DNA of 64,000 bases, from the IMG/VR virus record IMGVR_UViG_3300014205_000175, positions 32,001 to 96,000 of that record; one strand, 5' to 3'. The notes under the pieces were generated by a model. That model had not been told where the DNA came from. It made no database searches and saw only the letters and a list, made by a program, of their open reading frames with translations. Made by a program: the position numbers and the translations under genes. Shown piece after piece: positions 41,123-49,775 of this stretch. The first letter of the stretch is position 1; the number at the start of each line of letters is the position of its first letter. The stretch comes from a virus. Lineage: Duplodnaviria; Caudoviricetes.

Positions 41123-41374
41123 TTGGAGCAGGAATACAAAGGGGTGCTGAAGACTCTAGACGAATATATCGCCACTCGTCCTATCGGCTACAAAACTAAA
41201 CTTAAAGCTCTGGTCGCCGATTTGAAGAGTGACTACCAGTGGTTGATTTCGTATATGGAACTACATCACGACGCAGCAGCGATGCAGGAGTTAACAAAGC
41301 ATTTACTGCATTACGTCGTCCCGACACATACTCAGATCAACGATAAGTTTCATGAACTCATGGCAGCTACGTAA
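41123..41374 (+). CDS. Hypothetical protein
   Basis: 83-aa ORF with uncertain start, followed by a hairpin at about 41376-41422. Confidence 0.4.
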   Translation: MEQEYKGVLKTLDEYIATRPIGYKTKLKALVADLKSDYQWLISYMELHHDAAAMQELTKHLLHYVVPTHTQINDKFHELMAAT

Positions 41375-41439
41375 TGTCAGCCATCTCACTCGCCCTTACC
41401 GAAGGCGAGTGAGGTGGCTGACGGAAATTTTTACGATTC

Positions 41440-41454
41440 CATATATATTACGTG
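41440..41454 (+). promoter_or_regulatory. Early-promoter-like motif CATATATATTACGTG
   Basis: Identical to 56873-56887; contains TATATTAC. Confidence 0.75.
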
Positions 41455-41497
41455 AGAACTGCTAGCTCTACTTTTTCAAAATGCAAGGATGTAATCG

Positions 41498-41887
41498 ATG
41501 AAAACCTATCATATCGAAGGCGGTGAGACATTCGTGGTGGCGGGTGGAGTGGCATTAGCAATGACGACACTACGCGATGACCGACCATTGTTCTTGTGCT
41601 TTAACAACATCGACTGGTTTCCCGAACATCTACCTGATGCTCGTGAATACGTAACGTATGAAGTTATTCTGTGTGATGGTATCAAAAGCATCTCACTTAA
41701 TGACCGAGCCTACTGTGCGCTGTTGGGTTATGAATCAGCCTCGGGCAATTACCTACCCAGTGAGGAACTCGTAAGATTAATCGCAGACGACTACAGGCTG
41801 TTCATCAAAGCTGAGGATCACGAGCTGTCAGAGTGTTTCCTCATCGAACCAACCCAATACGTCACTCAAATCACCCGCATTAGCTAG
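41498..41887 (+). CDS. Hypothetical early protein
   Basis: 129 aa with AAGGA RBS. Confidence 0.6.
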   Translation: MKTYHIEGGETFVVAGGVALAMTTLRDDRPLFLCFNNIDWFPEHLPDAREYVTYEVILCDGIKSISLNDRAYCALLGYESASGNYLPSEELVRLIADDYRLFIKAEDHELSECFLIEPTQYVTQITRIS

Positions 41888-41915
41888 GGTCTATTATTAA
41901 CAAAGGAGTATCAGC

Positions 41916-42254
41916 ATGAGCACAACAGTGAGCGTAGAAAACAAGTACCGAGAACTTCTGGCCATTGCCAAAAAAGTGAGCGCTCTGGTGGCTGAGCATC
42001 CTGAGTATCTGCATGAGGATGCCGATGGTGGAGGACACAAATGGTTTCATGCCGAACACCCGGTCCAAGACGAACTCGATACGTTCCTATGCGGTAACTT
42101 CATCACCGACAAAGGCCAGTACTCGACGCTTTACTATATTCTTCAGCACCGTGCCAGACAACATGGTATACGGCTGTGGACCGGGGAGCGCGACAGCTTC
42201 GGACCCCTCGTAAGCTGCATGAGCTACGATGGTTGGGCGTTCTCGTTCGGGTGA
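41916..42254 (+). CDS. Hypothetical phage protein
   Basis: 112 aa with AAGGAG RBS; C-terminal GERDSFG motif. Confidence 0.65.
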   Translation: MSTTVSVENKYRELLAIAKKVSALVAEHPEYLHEDADGGGHKWFHAEHPVQDELDTFLCGNFITDKGQYSTLYYILQHRARQHGIRLWTGERDSFGPLVSCMSYDGWAFSFG

Positions 42255-42355
42255 GTGTCAAGCCCAGTGCTACAGCCCCAGTGGGGCTGTAGTGCTTTTT
42301 TTCACCTCTGTCTTCGGTAAATCGTATGGTCATCACATATATCTAAAGGTGCATC

Positions 42356-43117
42356 ATGTCGATCATCAAGTTTACCGAAACCAAGCTCACGAACAGTGGC
42401 AAGAAGGGAGTGTTAAAACCCGATGAAAATGGCTATTACGAGATCGTTATTGGTGGTCTCAATACTCTTAACAGCGCCGGTGAGTACTACGTGTATGAGA
42501 GCGCCAAGCATCTATTCGAGCAGTCTTCGTCGTTCATGCGGCGCATCAAAAGCGGTTGCCTAAAAGGCGAGCTCGGTCATCCTAAGCGCACCCCTGGTAT
42601 GAGCGCTGACGACTATCTACAACGCATCATGACGATCGAAGAGACCAACGTCGTCTGTCACTATGCGGATATCTACCTCGATACGGATTTCGGGCGCAAG
42701 AACCCACAGTTCAAAAACCCTCAGTTGGTAGCGATGATCGCGAAGGTCAAACCGGCTGGACCTAAGGGCGCATGCCTGCAAGCAAGCATTGACAACCCTA
42801 GAGAGGAAGTGTGTTTCTCGATTCGGGCACTGACCAAAGACCAGTACGTCAACGGCCGCAACGAGCGCACTCTGGTGCAGATCATCTGTCACGACGTTGT
42901 GACCGAACCCGGTATCGCCATTTCGCGCAAATGGGAGAGTCCTGGACTAGAGAGTATCTCTGAGACCCCGATCACAGTCAAGCAGCTAGAGCGCATGGCT
43001 GAACGCTCGCATGGGAATCTCGCGATGGAGTCCATTGGTAGTCTCGCTAAAGAGACGCTGAAGATCGTCGAATTTACCTCACGTCCTATCGCGGCACCTC
43101 GCTACTCTCAATGGTAA
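42356..43117 (+). CDS. Prohead (head maturation) protease (phiKZ gp175-like)
   Basis: LKGELGHP (His), FSIRA (Ser), DVVTEPG (Asp); C-terminal GLE|S and AME|S self-cleavage-type sites. Confidence 0.88.
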   Translation: MSIIKFTETKLTNSGKKGVLKPDENGYYEIVIGGLNTLNSAGEYYVYESAKHLFEQSSSFMRRIKSGCLKGELGHPKRTPGMSADDYLQRIMTIEETNVVCHYADIYLDTDFGRKNPQFKNPQLVAMIAKVKPAGPKGACLQASIDNPREEVCFSIRALTKDQYVNGRNERTLVQIICHDVVTEPGIAISRKWESPGLESISETPITVKQLERMAERSHGNLAMESIGSLAKETLKIVEFTSRPIAAPRYSQW

Positions 43118-43228
43118 ATCTTACGCCCATCACACCGCTAAACAGGTGGTGTGATGGGCAATATTTCTAGCGTCCGTTGATGTTATAAGGAGGTGTGTGG
43201 TAGAATTTATCTGACTTATCTTTGAACG

Positions 43229-43243
43229 CATATATAGTACTTG
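43229..43243 (+). promoter_or_regulatory. Early-promoter-like motif CATATATAGTACTTG
   Basis: Motif copy 84 bp upstream of the mini-tnpB ATG. Confidence 0.6.
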
Positions 43244-43326
43244 GCAATATAGCCCTAGATCTTAAATTACCTTACTAGCTTACACTTATAGTGTAGTTTG
43301 CCCCTCAATCACTCCAAGAGTCTCAC

Positions 43327-43494
43327 ATGCCTCAAAAAGCATACCGAGTGCGTCTGTACTCGACTCCTGCGGAGCAGGAGGTACTACGTCGTACCATAGG
43401 TACTATGCGAGTTACGCCTGATCGCTCACATATACCGCAGGGCATGCGGAAATCAACGCTTGTGGAGAGTAGGTGCTGTAAGGCCGCTCAGTGA
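43327..43494 (+). pseudogene. tnpB: Internally deleted tnpB (55-aa mini-ORF)
   Basis: Translated by hand: MPQKAYRVRLYSTPAEQEVLRRTIGTMR (IS605 OrfB N-terminal motif) joined in frame to IPQGMRKSTLVE (TnpB C-terminal tail); RuvC and zinc finger absent. Confidence 0.8.
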
Positions 43495-43550
43495 AACAAG
43501 AATCCTCTCGCCAGTAGGCAGAGGAGTGTCAAAAATTTGTCGTACAGAAA
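43425..43550 (+). ncRNA. IS200/IS605 TnpB omegaRNA-like scaffold and right end with putative guide
   Basis: ACCGCAGGGCATGCGG hairpin, AACGCTTGTGGAGA, TGAAACAAGAATCC, subterminal hairpin CCTCTCGCC-AGTA-GGCAGAGG and terminal GTCAA at 43528-43532. Confidence 0.7.
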
Positions 43551-43707
43551 AACAACATCGACCTGTTTGTTGTAGAGTCTTTAGCTGGGTATGATGAAAA
43601 GTTGTTCGTCGAATTGCCGGCTAAGTCTTTCATGGACGTACAGGATTTCAGTTTTAACACCTGAGCTGCGGCGGGTCTCCGTAGCATATCTGGAAGGAGT
43701 TTTTAAA

Positions 43708-44160
43708 ATGAAGTTGAAATTCGCACAGGAAATCCAAACGCTCATCGATAACATTGCTGCTTTGCCTGATACAGCATCCACCGATGAAGAACTGAACAGG
43801 CCCAACAAGCTCATTACTGATTTTGAAAACTCACTTTTAAAGCAGCAGAACAATCGAGAAATAAGCACAAAACAGTACGCCAAACTAAGAAGGCAGGTAA
43901 GTTACCTTTGGGAATTCCTGAAAGCAGCTAGAGATACTGCTTTGAAAAACCAGAACATCACAATCGAGCAGCTAAACCGAAATAAAGCTCAGCCTGACAA
44001 GCGTGATGTTTACCGTCATTTCGTTACCCACATCAAGCTCGTTGAAAACGGTGAAGTTTTGAAACATGTAACCTATGTCAAACACGCTCTGAGATATGGG
44101 GTTTTGCAGCTATCTGACTATGAGGTTCATAATCTCATCAACGGTAACAAAGTAGCCTGA
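43708..44160 (+). CDS. Hypothetical protein
   Basis: AAGGAG RBS before MKLKFAQ; A-rich; followed by a hairpin at 44168-44200. Confidence 0.6.
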   Translation: MKLKFAQEIQTLIDNIAALPDTASTDEELNRPNKLITDFENSLLKQQNNREISTKQYAKLRRQVSYLWEFLKAARDTALKNQNITIEQLNRNKAQPDKRDVYRHFVTHIKLVENGEVLKHVTYVKHALRYGVLQLSDYEVHNLINGNKVA

Positions 44161-44282
44161 CGTGTTCTGTAGCCGGCCCGAGATGATCGGGCCGGCTACA
44201 TCGAAGTGCAGTACGGTGAGTCTGTCCGTAATGGTTTAAGAGAGGTAGCACGAGTAACCTGTGTCGGAAGAATTTATAACCC

Positions 44283-44297
44283 CATATTTAGTATGTG
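44283..44297 (+). promoter_or_regulatory. Promoter-like motif variant CATATTTAGTATGTG
   Basis: Intergenic variant upstream of 44402. Confidence 0.5.
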
Positions 44298-44401
44298 GTA
44301 TATACAGTACCAGATTGTTCGCCACACACGTAGAAAAAAATACGGTTCTACCACACCCTGTGGAGCTGTGCTCTAGTTTCTAACATACAAGGAGATTCAC
44401 C

Positions 44402-44899
44402 ATGACTCAAGAGAAAAAACTGTCGCTCAAAGATGAAGTCCTCGCTCTGGCCAAAGAGATCCGCTGCAAAGTCGAACTCGATACCGACACCGGTGTCGTT
44501 AGCGGTGACACGACGAGCGTCTACAACGAACATCTGCCTGATGGTCTCACGCCGTCGCTGGTCAAATCGCTGTCCGAGTACAACACTACTTATGTCGCAG
44601 CCGGTACCTATGCGGTGGGCGAAATGGCGGTCGAAGCGTTCCAGAAGAACTCCAAGATCGATCGTGTCGTCAGTGAGCTGCATCTGGGCTATAAGGATTC
44701 GTTCGAAGTGGCGTTCGATCGTCGTACCGAGACGAAGAACAATCTGCAAAAAGACGCTGACGGTAATCCGGTGACGATTACCAAGTACGGCGCCTGCAAG
44801 TTCAGCCTCAATGTCAACTCGGCCAACAATGTCGGGCAGCTGAAGATCGCACGCTCGCTGGTCAGCCAGATGGCAGCCGAAGCTCTCGGCAAGTGTTAA
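44402..44899 (+). CDS. Conserved jumbo-phage protein, probably abundant
   Basis: 165 aa with AAGGAG RBS, strong C/G-ending codon bias, own terminator at 44911-44955. Confidence 0.7.
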   Translation: MTQEKKLSLKDEVLALAKEIRCKVELDTDTGVVSGDTTSVYNEHLPDGLTPSLVKSLSEYNTTYVAAGTYAVGEMAVEAFQKNSKIDRVVSELHLGYKDSFEVAFDRRTETKNNLQKDADGNPVTITKYGACKFSLNVNSANNVGQLKIARSLVSQMAAEALGKC

Positions 44900-44983
44900 C
44901 TCGTTAGTGTCCTTCCCACCGACTATTAAGTCCGGTGGGAAGGGTGTCTTTTTTTCATTGTATCACACTAGGTTGCACTATAA

Positions 44984-45532
44984 ATGACGCACCAAATGAA
45001 TCTATCAGACGACCGTGTAGATATCTTCATGGCCTCTGATGACTTCTACACCTATCTGGGTGGGATCTACAAGGCATTCTGTCTCTCTGAGGTTCAAAGC
45101 TCCTACAGTAAGATTAGAAACATTGTTGGCGATCGACTCATTAGCCAGGAGCTCTCAACAATCTCAGAGACAACACGTTTTTCTTTGTCAATCAAGATGA
45201 CTACCGCTCACGGCAGATATCTACTCATCTACGCTTTTGATCTAGCAGCCCGATCACGTCAACTACTAGAGAGTCTTGTGGGCATATGTACTGCCAAACA
45301 CAATCTTATTCCGATCACACGAGAAGAGATTCACACCCGTGTTAGCTTACCTACTAATCTCATAGTCAACACATACGCTGGTGACACTGAGAACTCCTTT
45401 CACCTTTTTGAAGAACACAGTAGTTATGGTATCGTGACTAAGTTACTTCCAGTACCCAAGGATCACCGTACAAGCCTCAGGAAGCAGCGTTCGGGTCTAG
45501 CAGGTGTGTTGGTATTCCATGACGATAAATAG
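44984..45532 (+). CDS. Hypothetical protein
   Basis: 182-aa ORF ending at a 14-bp hairpin (45532-45565). Confidence 0.5.
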   Translation: MTHQMNLSDDRVDIFMASDDFYTYLGGIYKAFCLSEVQSSYSKIRNIVGDRLISQELSTISETTRFSLSIKMTTAHGRYLLIYAFDLAARSRQLLESLVGICTAKHNLIPITREEIHTRVSLPTNLIVNTYAGDTENSFHLFEEHSSYGIVTKLLPVPKDHRTSLRKQRSGLAGVLVFHDDK

Positions 45533-45584
45533 CCTACAGGAGCCCGCTAATGGGCTCCTGTAGGCATCTATATCGCTAAGGCTA

Positions 45585-46448
45585 TTAACCCATGTTGCTA
45601 ACAGCTTCACTACCCACGAGTTCAGACATCTGCTCATAGCCGATTCCAGCTGCCGCCACATCACTGGCTTGCTTTTGGATAAACGACGGACGCATGAACG
45701 GATCGGCGTTGGTGAGGTTGATCTTATCGAGAATAGTCTGTGCGAACTTGTTGACACCGATACCATACTGGCTGATACCGGTAAATTCGATGCTCAGGTT
45801 CAGGACTTCTGAAGCGCTCGTGAGATCGCGCTTACCGATGATCTCGCCGTTCGACTTCGGGAACATGTTGGTCGTCACCCATGCTTGCGTGACTTTGCTG
45901 TGTAGCGGATCGGGTTCGATAAATAGACACGTCATCGAATACCAGTCTGCCAGCATATCTTCAGGACGCTGACCAAGAGTAGAAGCAAGTGCGTACTTGG
46001 TATCAGGGTCCATCAAACCATAACGAATCCAGTAATCGAGCATGGTTTGAATCGGTCGACCGTATTTCTCGACGAATCCAAACACCGGTTCGGTACGGGC
46101 ACGCTTGACATCAGTGATCTCTTGCTGCATCTCACCAGCGCCACCGACAGGATGCTCGTCGGTCTCAACGGTCAGTCCAGCGTTGAAGCCTTCGATAGTA
46201 CGTACATGCAGTTCCATCAGCGACTTGAGCGACTGCGTCCACTTCTCCGGATTGGGGAAAAGTGTGAATAGACGCGGTGCTTCAAGCAAAATGCACACGA
46301 GGTTACGGCGCACGTAGGCTTGGTTGCTGACCCATTCGATGAGATTGGGGCTATAACCTTGTTGGCCGCCGAACGATAGATCGAGCATCGGTTGGTTTTC
46401 ATTAACCGCGTATGCTTGACCTAGAATGGCGTCTGTAATACGAGCCAT
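45585..46448 (-). CDS. Tail tube protein (phiKZ gp30-like)
   Basis: 287 aa directly downstream of the sheath; EKYGRPI and LFIEPDP motifs. Confidence 0.85.
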   Translation of the reverse strand: MARITDAILGQAYAVNENQPMLDLSFGGQQGYSPNLIEWVSNQAYVRRNLVCILLEAPRLFTLFPNPEKWTQSLKSLMELHVRTIEGFNAGLTVETDEHPVGGAGEMQQEITDVKRARTEPVFGFVEKYGRPIQTMLDYWIRYGLMDPDTKYALASTLGQRPEDMLADWYSMTCLFIEPDPLHSKVTQAWVTTNMFPKSNGEIIGKRDLTSASEVLNLSIEFTGISQYGIGVNKFAQTILDKINLTNADPFMRPSFIQKQASDVAAAGIGYEQMSELVGSEAVSNMG

Positions 46449-46570
46449 AATGTTTCTCCAAAAAGAAGGTTGGGAATTTTTTCAACTTACCGCAAACTAG
46501 ACGACAGATCCTTCGCCAGTCATCGGCACGGTAGCGGGATAGAAACCACCGCCGTGCCGATGTTATTTTT

Positions 46571-48649
46571 TTACCCAGCCAGATCAGAGATCCGGTGCGC
46601 TTGGACATGCGTGACCATAACCGTTTTCATCGACGGACTATAGATCTTGATCGGCAATGTCCAGCTGTAACCGCGCAGCGTATCTAGATCGGTATGATGG
46701 GCATCCGGTACGATAACGAAGCGATTGTCAAAGCGATCCTTAACTCGCGATAGCACAAACTCATTGACACGCGTTTCCAGCTGTGCGTTCGTGAGATGTG
46801 CAACACCGGTGAATTCACGCCACGTCGCATGCGACACTTTGTTAAGCTGACAGATTGCCATTGCCGTGAAGTAGCTATTGAGCACCGACGTGTCGTCAAA
46901 GTACACGGTCTTCAGAGCCGGGAAGAAGAACGAACGACGATCGTACGCTTGCACCCAGTTCAGACCCACGTCCCAGTTACGGTTACGCACCGAAGCGGGC
47001 ACCCAGGTATGGGAGATATCATACATGCGCTCGATCACCGAACCCGGTGCACCGTCGAACGCATAACCATTTTTCCACCGACCATTACTCGCACCCATAT
47101 AGCGTGCTGAACGAATCGCCACTTCAGCAGTCAGCGGCAAACGCTTATGGTACTGGCTGTCACGTAGTTTGCCACTGCGACCAACGATCATACCACGCAT
47201 CACCGGCGTGCCGAAGTAATCCGATTCCGGGAACATCTGTAGCCGCGTACGCAGCGCGATAGCGAGCGAATGTTCTTCAGAAGGTTCCATAATGCGTTGA
47301 TTGACATCGAAGGTCGAGAGCACAACAAAGGTGTCTTTACGTTGTGCGATGAAGTTACACAGCTGGAACTTGGTCTCCAACGGGAAACCCGAATCATACA
47401 GCACCGATTCGACGTTCACTGCATTTTCCATCACCGGACTATTCGCGTCGAGATAATCCTGCATCTTCTCTTCGACTAGATCCGCTAACACCTGATCGTT
47501 CATCACGCCATCCGAACCACCATCCATAAAGACGTTCGAATATTCGGAGAAGCGGATGGTGTTGGCATCATCGACGAAGTGAATCGAATGATACGGCGTA
47601 CCAGCGGCAGTCATGCCGTTGACGATGTTGATAAGCCATGCATCTTCGGCGTTAGCCGTAATATCACTATAGCCATCGATAAAAGGTACTTCAGCTGCGA
47701 AGAGCATCTCTTGCACATATTCGAGATGATCGTGGTAGATATTGAGCGTCGAGATGTCACCATACACCGACGGGTAGTTGTAGCTGGCTTGACGGTTATA
47801 GCTGTCGAGCAACACGTCACCGATATACAGACGACGCTCAGTCATCGGGTCAACGGCTTCGGGTTTAAACGTAATGGTGATGTTTTCCTCACTCATTACC
47901 GACGGCACCACCTTCGCCGTGCTATTGGCATCAGCACGACGGATCATCTGCATATAGTACGGGAAAGCGCGATCGGTATTCATGACGCCAGTGGGCGGCG
48001 TGAGCATCGATTTCTTATTGATCGGCCACAGACGGAAACCTGTGTGGTTACCATAGTCACCTTGATAGGACGAACGGAATTCGAAGATCGGATACATCGT
48101 CGATTGCGTACCGGTGTTGGGGTCGACTTGCGAGCCGGGCTTCGTCGTAGCCAGACCGAAAGCTTCCATTTCCAGTTCGGTAGCATAATGGGATTTAACC
48201 CATTTGACTTTGTAACCAGCACCACTACCGACGATGATCGGGTTACCTGCAACATCAACCTTGATCGCGCCGAATGGGTCACGATCGTACAGATCGACTT
48301 GCGTCGGCAGTACATCGAGCCATAGCGTAAGGTTGGGCTTTGGTCCGGCGTCTTTGGGGATGACGCGCTGGATCATCGACACGTTGGCTTCAGCGTTGAC
48401 GAGGTTAGCGAACACCGTGGCATGGGTAGCATATGCCGAGCGCTCATTGAAAGTCTCATCACCGAAAATGTTGATGCGCTCGGCACCGACCACCAGTTGC
48501 GGCGTATCAGGACCTTTGCGGCAGAACATGTAAAATTTCGGAAGATGCTGCGGAACTGCTTCAGATTCACGGGGGAGTTGGCGCGAGCTAAGGTCTTGGG
48601 TGCCTAGCTCAATAACCAACGGGGCTGCATTGACGATGTAACCAGCCAT
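46571..48649 (-). CDS. Tail sheath protein (phiKZ gp29-like)
   Basis: Start MAGYIVNAAP; PQHLPKFY, YDSGFPLETK and FFFPALKTVYFDDTSVLNS motifs. Confidence 0.9.
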   Translation of the reverse strand: MAGYIVNAAPLVIELGTQDLSSRQLPRESEAVPQHLPKFYMFCRKGPDTPQLVVGAERINIFGDETFNERSAYATHATVFANLVNAEANVSMIQRVIPKDAGPKPNLTLWLDVLPTQVDLYDRDPFGAIKVDVAGNPIIVGSGAGYKVKWVKSHYATELEMEAFGLATTKPGSQVDPNTGTQSTMYPIFEFRSSYQGDYGNHTGFRLWPINKKSMLTPPTGVMNTDRAFPYYMQMIRRADANSTAKVVPSVMSEENITITFKPEAVDPMTERRLYIGDVLLDSYNRQASYNYPSVYGDISTLNIYHDHLEYVQEMLFAAEVPFIDGYSDITANAEDAWLINIVNGMTAAGTPYHSIHFVDDANTIRFSEYSNVFMDGGSDGVMNDQVLADLVEEKMQDYLDANSPVMENAVNVESVLYDSGFPLETKFQLCNFIAQRKDTFVVLSTFDVNQRIMEPSEEHSLAIALRTRLQMFPESDYFGTPVMRGMIVGRSGKLRDSQYHKRLPLTAEVAIRSARYMGASNGRWKNGYAFDGAPGSVIERMYDISHTWVPASVRNRNWDVGLNWVQAYDRRSFFFPALKTVYFDDTSVLNSYFTAMAICQLNKVSHATWREFTGVAHLTNAQLETRVNEFVLSRVKDRFDNRFVIVPDAHHTDLDTLRGYSWTLPIKIYSPSMKTVMVTHVQAHRISDLAG

Positions 48650-48778
48650 TTTTACTACTCCTTCAGCCAATAGAGAGTGGGAAGAACGAAACCTAGGATG
48701 TCGACAATCGTGTGAGAACACAAACCATCTCACAGGATAGTCGTATTTTTTTATTTCAGCTATAGAGAGGTAATTACT

Positions 48779-49768
48779 GTGATATATGCTACCCCGTATG
48801 ACACTACCGTAGGAAAAATGATTGATCTAAAAGCTACCGTGCGAGCTATCCGCGAAGCGATGATCAGAGACATGGTGCATTTTCGCACTCTCGATGTAAA
48901 CAGCATTACTGATATCAAGGCTGCATTTATTATCGGCGCTGGCAGCAGTGAGGATGTGATTCCGTTTTTCAGCCATCCGCTAGTGATTGACGGGACTGAT
49001 CACGCGCAGTTTTTGTTTACCGATATTCGTCCGTTTGTTAAAAAGAATGAAGTCGAAGGATTGGGGTTCACCGATATTCCTCCGGTCAAAAACACCACTG
49101 AATTTAACTTCACCAAGTCGCGCGCGATTCTATCACTAGCATGGCTATCGGGACATCAGTCAGCGCTACGTAACGATCTGGCTTGGGCCGGTGTTGTCTA
49201 TGCCATGTGGCTGAGCGAAGTGATCGCCAAGAAATATGCGCTCGATCCGAAAGATCAAATCGTGCTCGCAGTGCTAAGCTACTACTTTTATTACAGTCTA
49301 TTTTCTGCGGATGAGCCTGATAGTGACGGCGTGGAAAAAATGGCCATCCATATCATCAAAGCTACCCGTGCACCGGCACCTTTGGTATTTGAGATTTTGG
49401 ATAAAGCTGGTGCCATTCGTGACATCACTGAATTTTGTACTGCGGTGATTCGCGTGACTGAAAACGTACGGCTACAGGACTTTAACGTCAGCATGTTACT
49501 GACGATTATCTCCAATAGCTGGTATGGTCTCAATAGCCGGGAGATCCTCGCAGTAGCACTCGAACATCCACCCACCTGGTGCGCGATGGTCTATATGTCT
49601 TTGACCGAACGCACTTTCCGCAACTACATGGTATCCAGGATCGCTGATCGTTTTGGCAAACATGGTAACAGCGACACTTTCCTCAAAGCCTACACGGGTC
49701 TGGTGAAAGAACACACTGTCCAAAAAACAGCCGGTACGGAAAGCCTAGAGATCCTGGCCTTCGAGTGA
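48779..49768 (+). CDS. Virion structural protein (phiKZ gp28-like)
   Basis: TPYDTT start and ALEHPPTW motif; divergent from the sheath gene. Confidence 0.7.
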   Translation: MIYATPYDTTVGKMIDLKATVRAIREAMIRDMVHFRTLDVNSITDIKAAFIIGAGSSEDVIPFFSHPLVIDGTDHAQFLFTDIRPFVKKNEVEGLGFTDIPPVKNTTEFNFTKSRAILSLAWLSGHQSALRNDLAWAGVVYAMWLSEVIAKKYALDPKDQIVLAVLSYYFYYSLFSADEPDSDGVEKMAIHIIKATRAPAPLVFEILDKAGAIRDITEFCTAVIRVTENVRLQDFNVSMLLTIISNSWYGLNSREILAVALEHPPTWCAMVYMSLTERTFRNYMVSRIADRFGKHGNSDTFLKAYTGLVKEHTVQKTAGTESLEILAFE

Positions 49769-49775
49769 GGATGCT

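Noticed and set aside
42335-42352. CATATATCTAAAGGTG as another early promoter
   Set aside because: The 3' half mismatches the consensus, it overlaps the RBS, and the gene is a late morphogenesis gene.
43177-43326. Complete IS605 left end or tnpA
   Set aside because: No Y1 transposase ORF. Only a TTGAT and a weak TACAC/GTGTA hairpin are present, so the left boundary cannot be fixed.
47579-48325. 248-aa plus-strand ORF and other short antisense ORFs in the track
   Set aside because: They are shadow frames of well-supported genes (sheath, TMP, RNAP) with no recognisable motifs.
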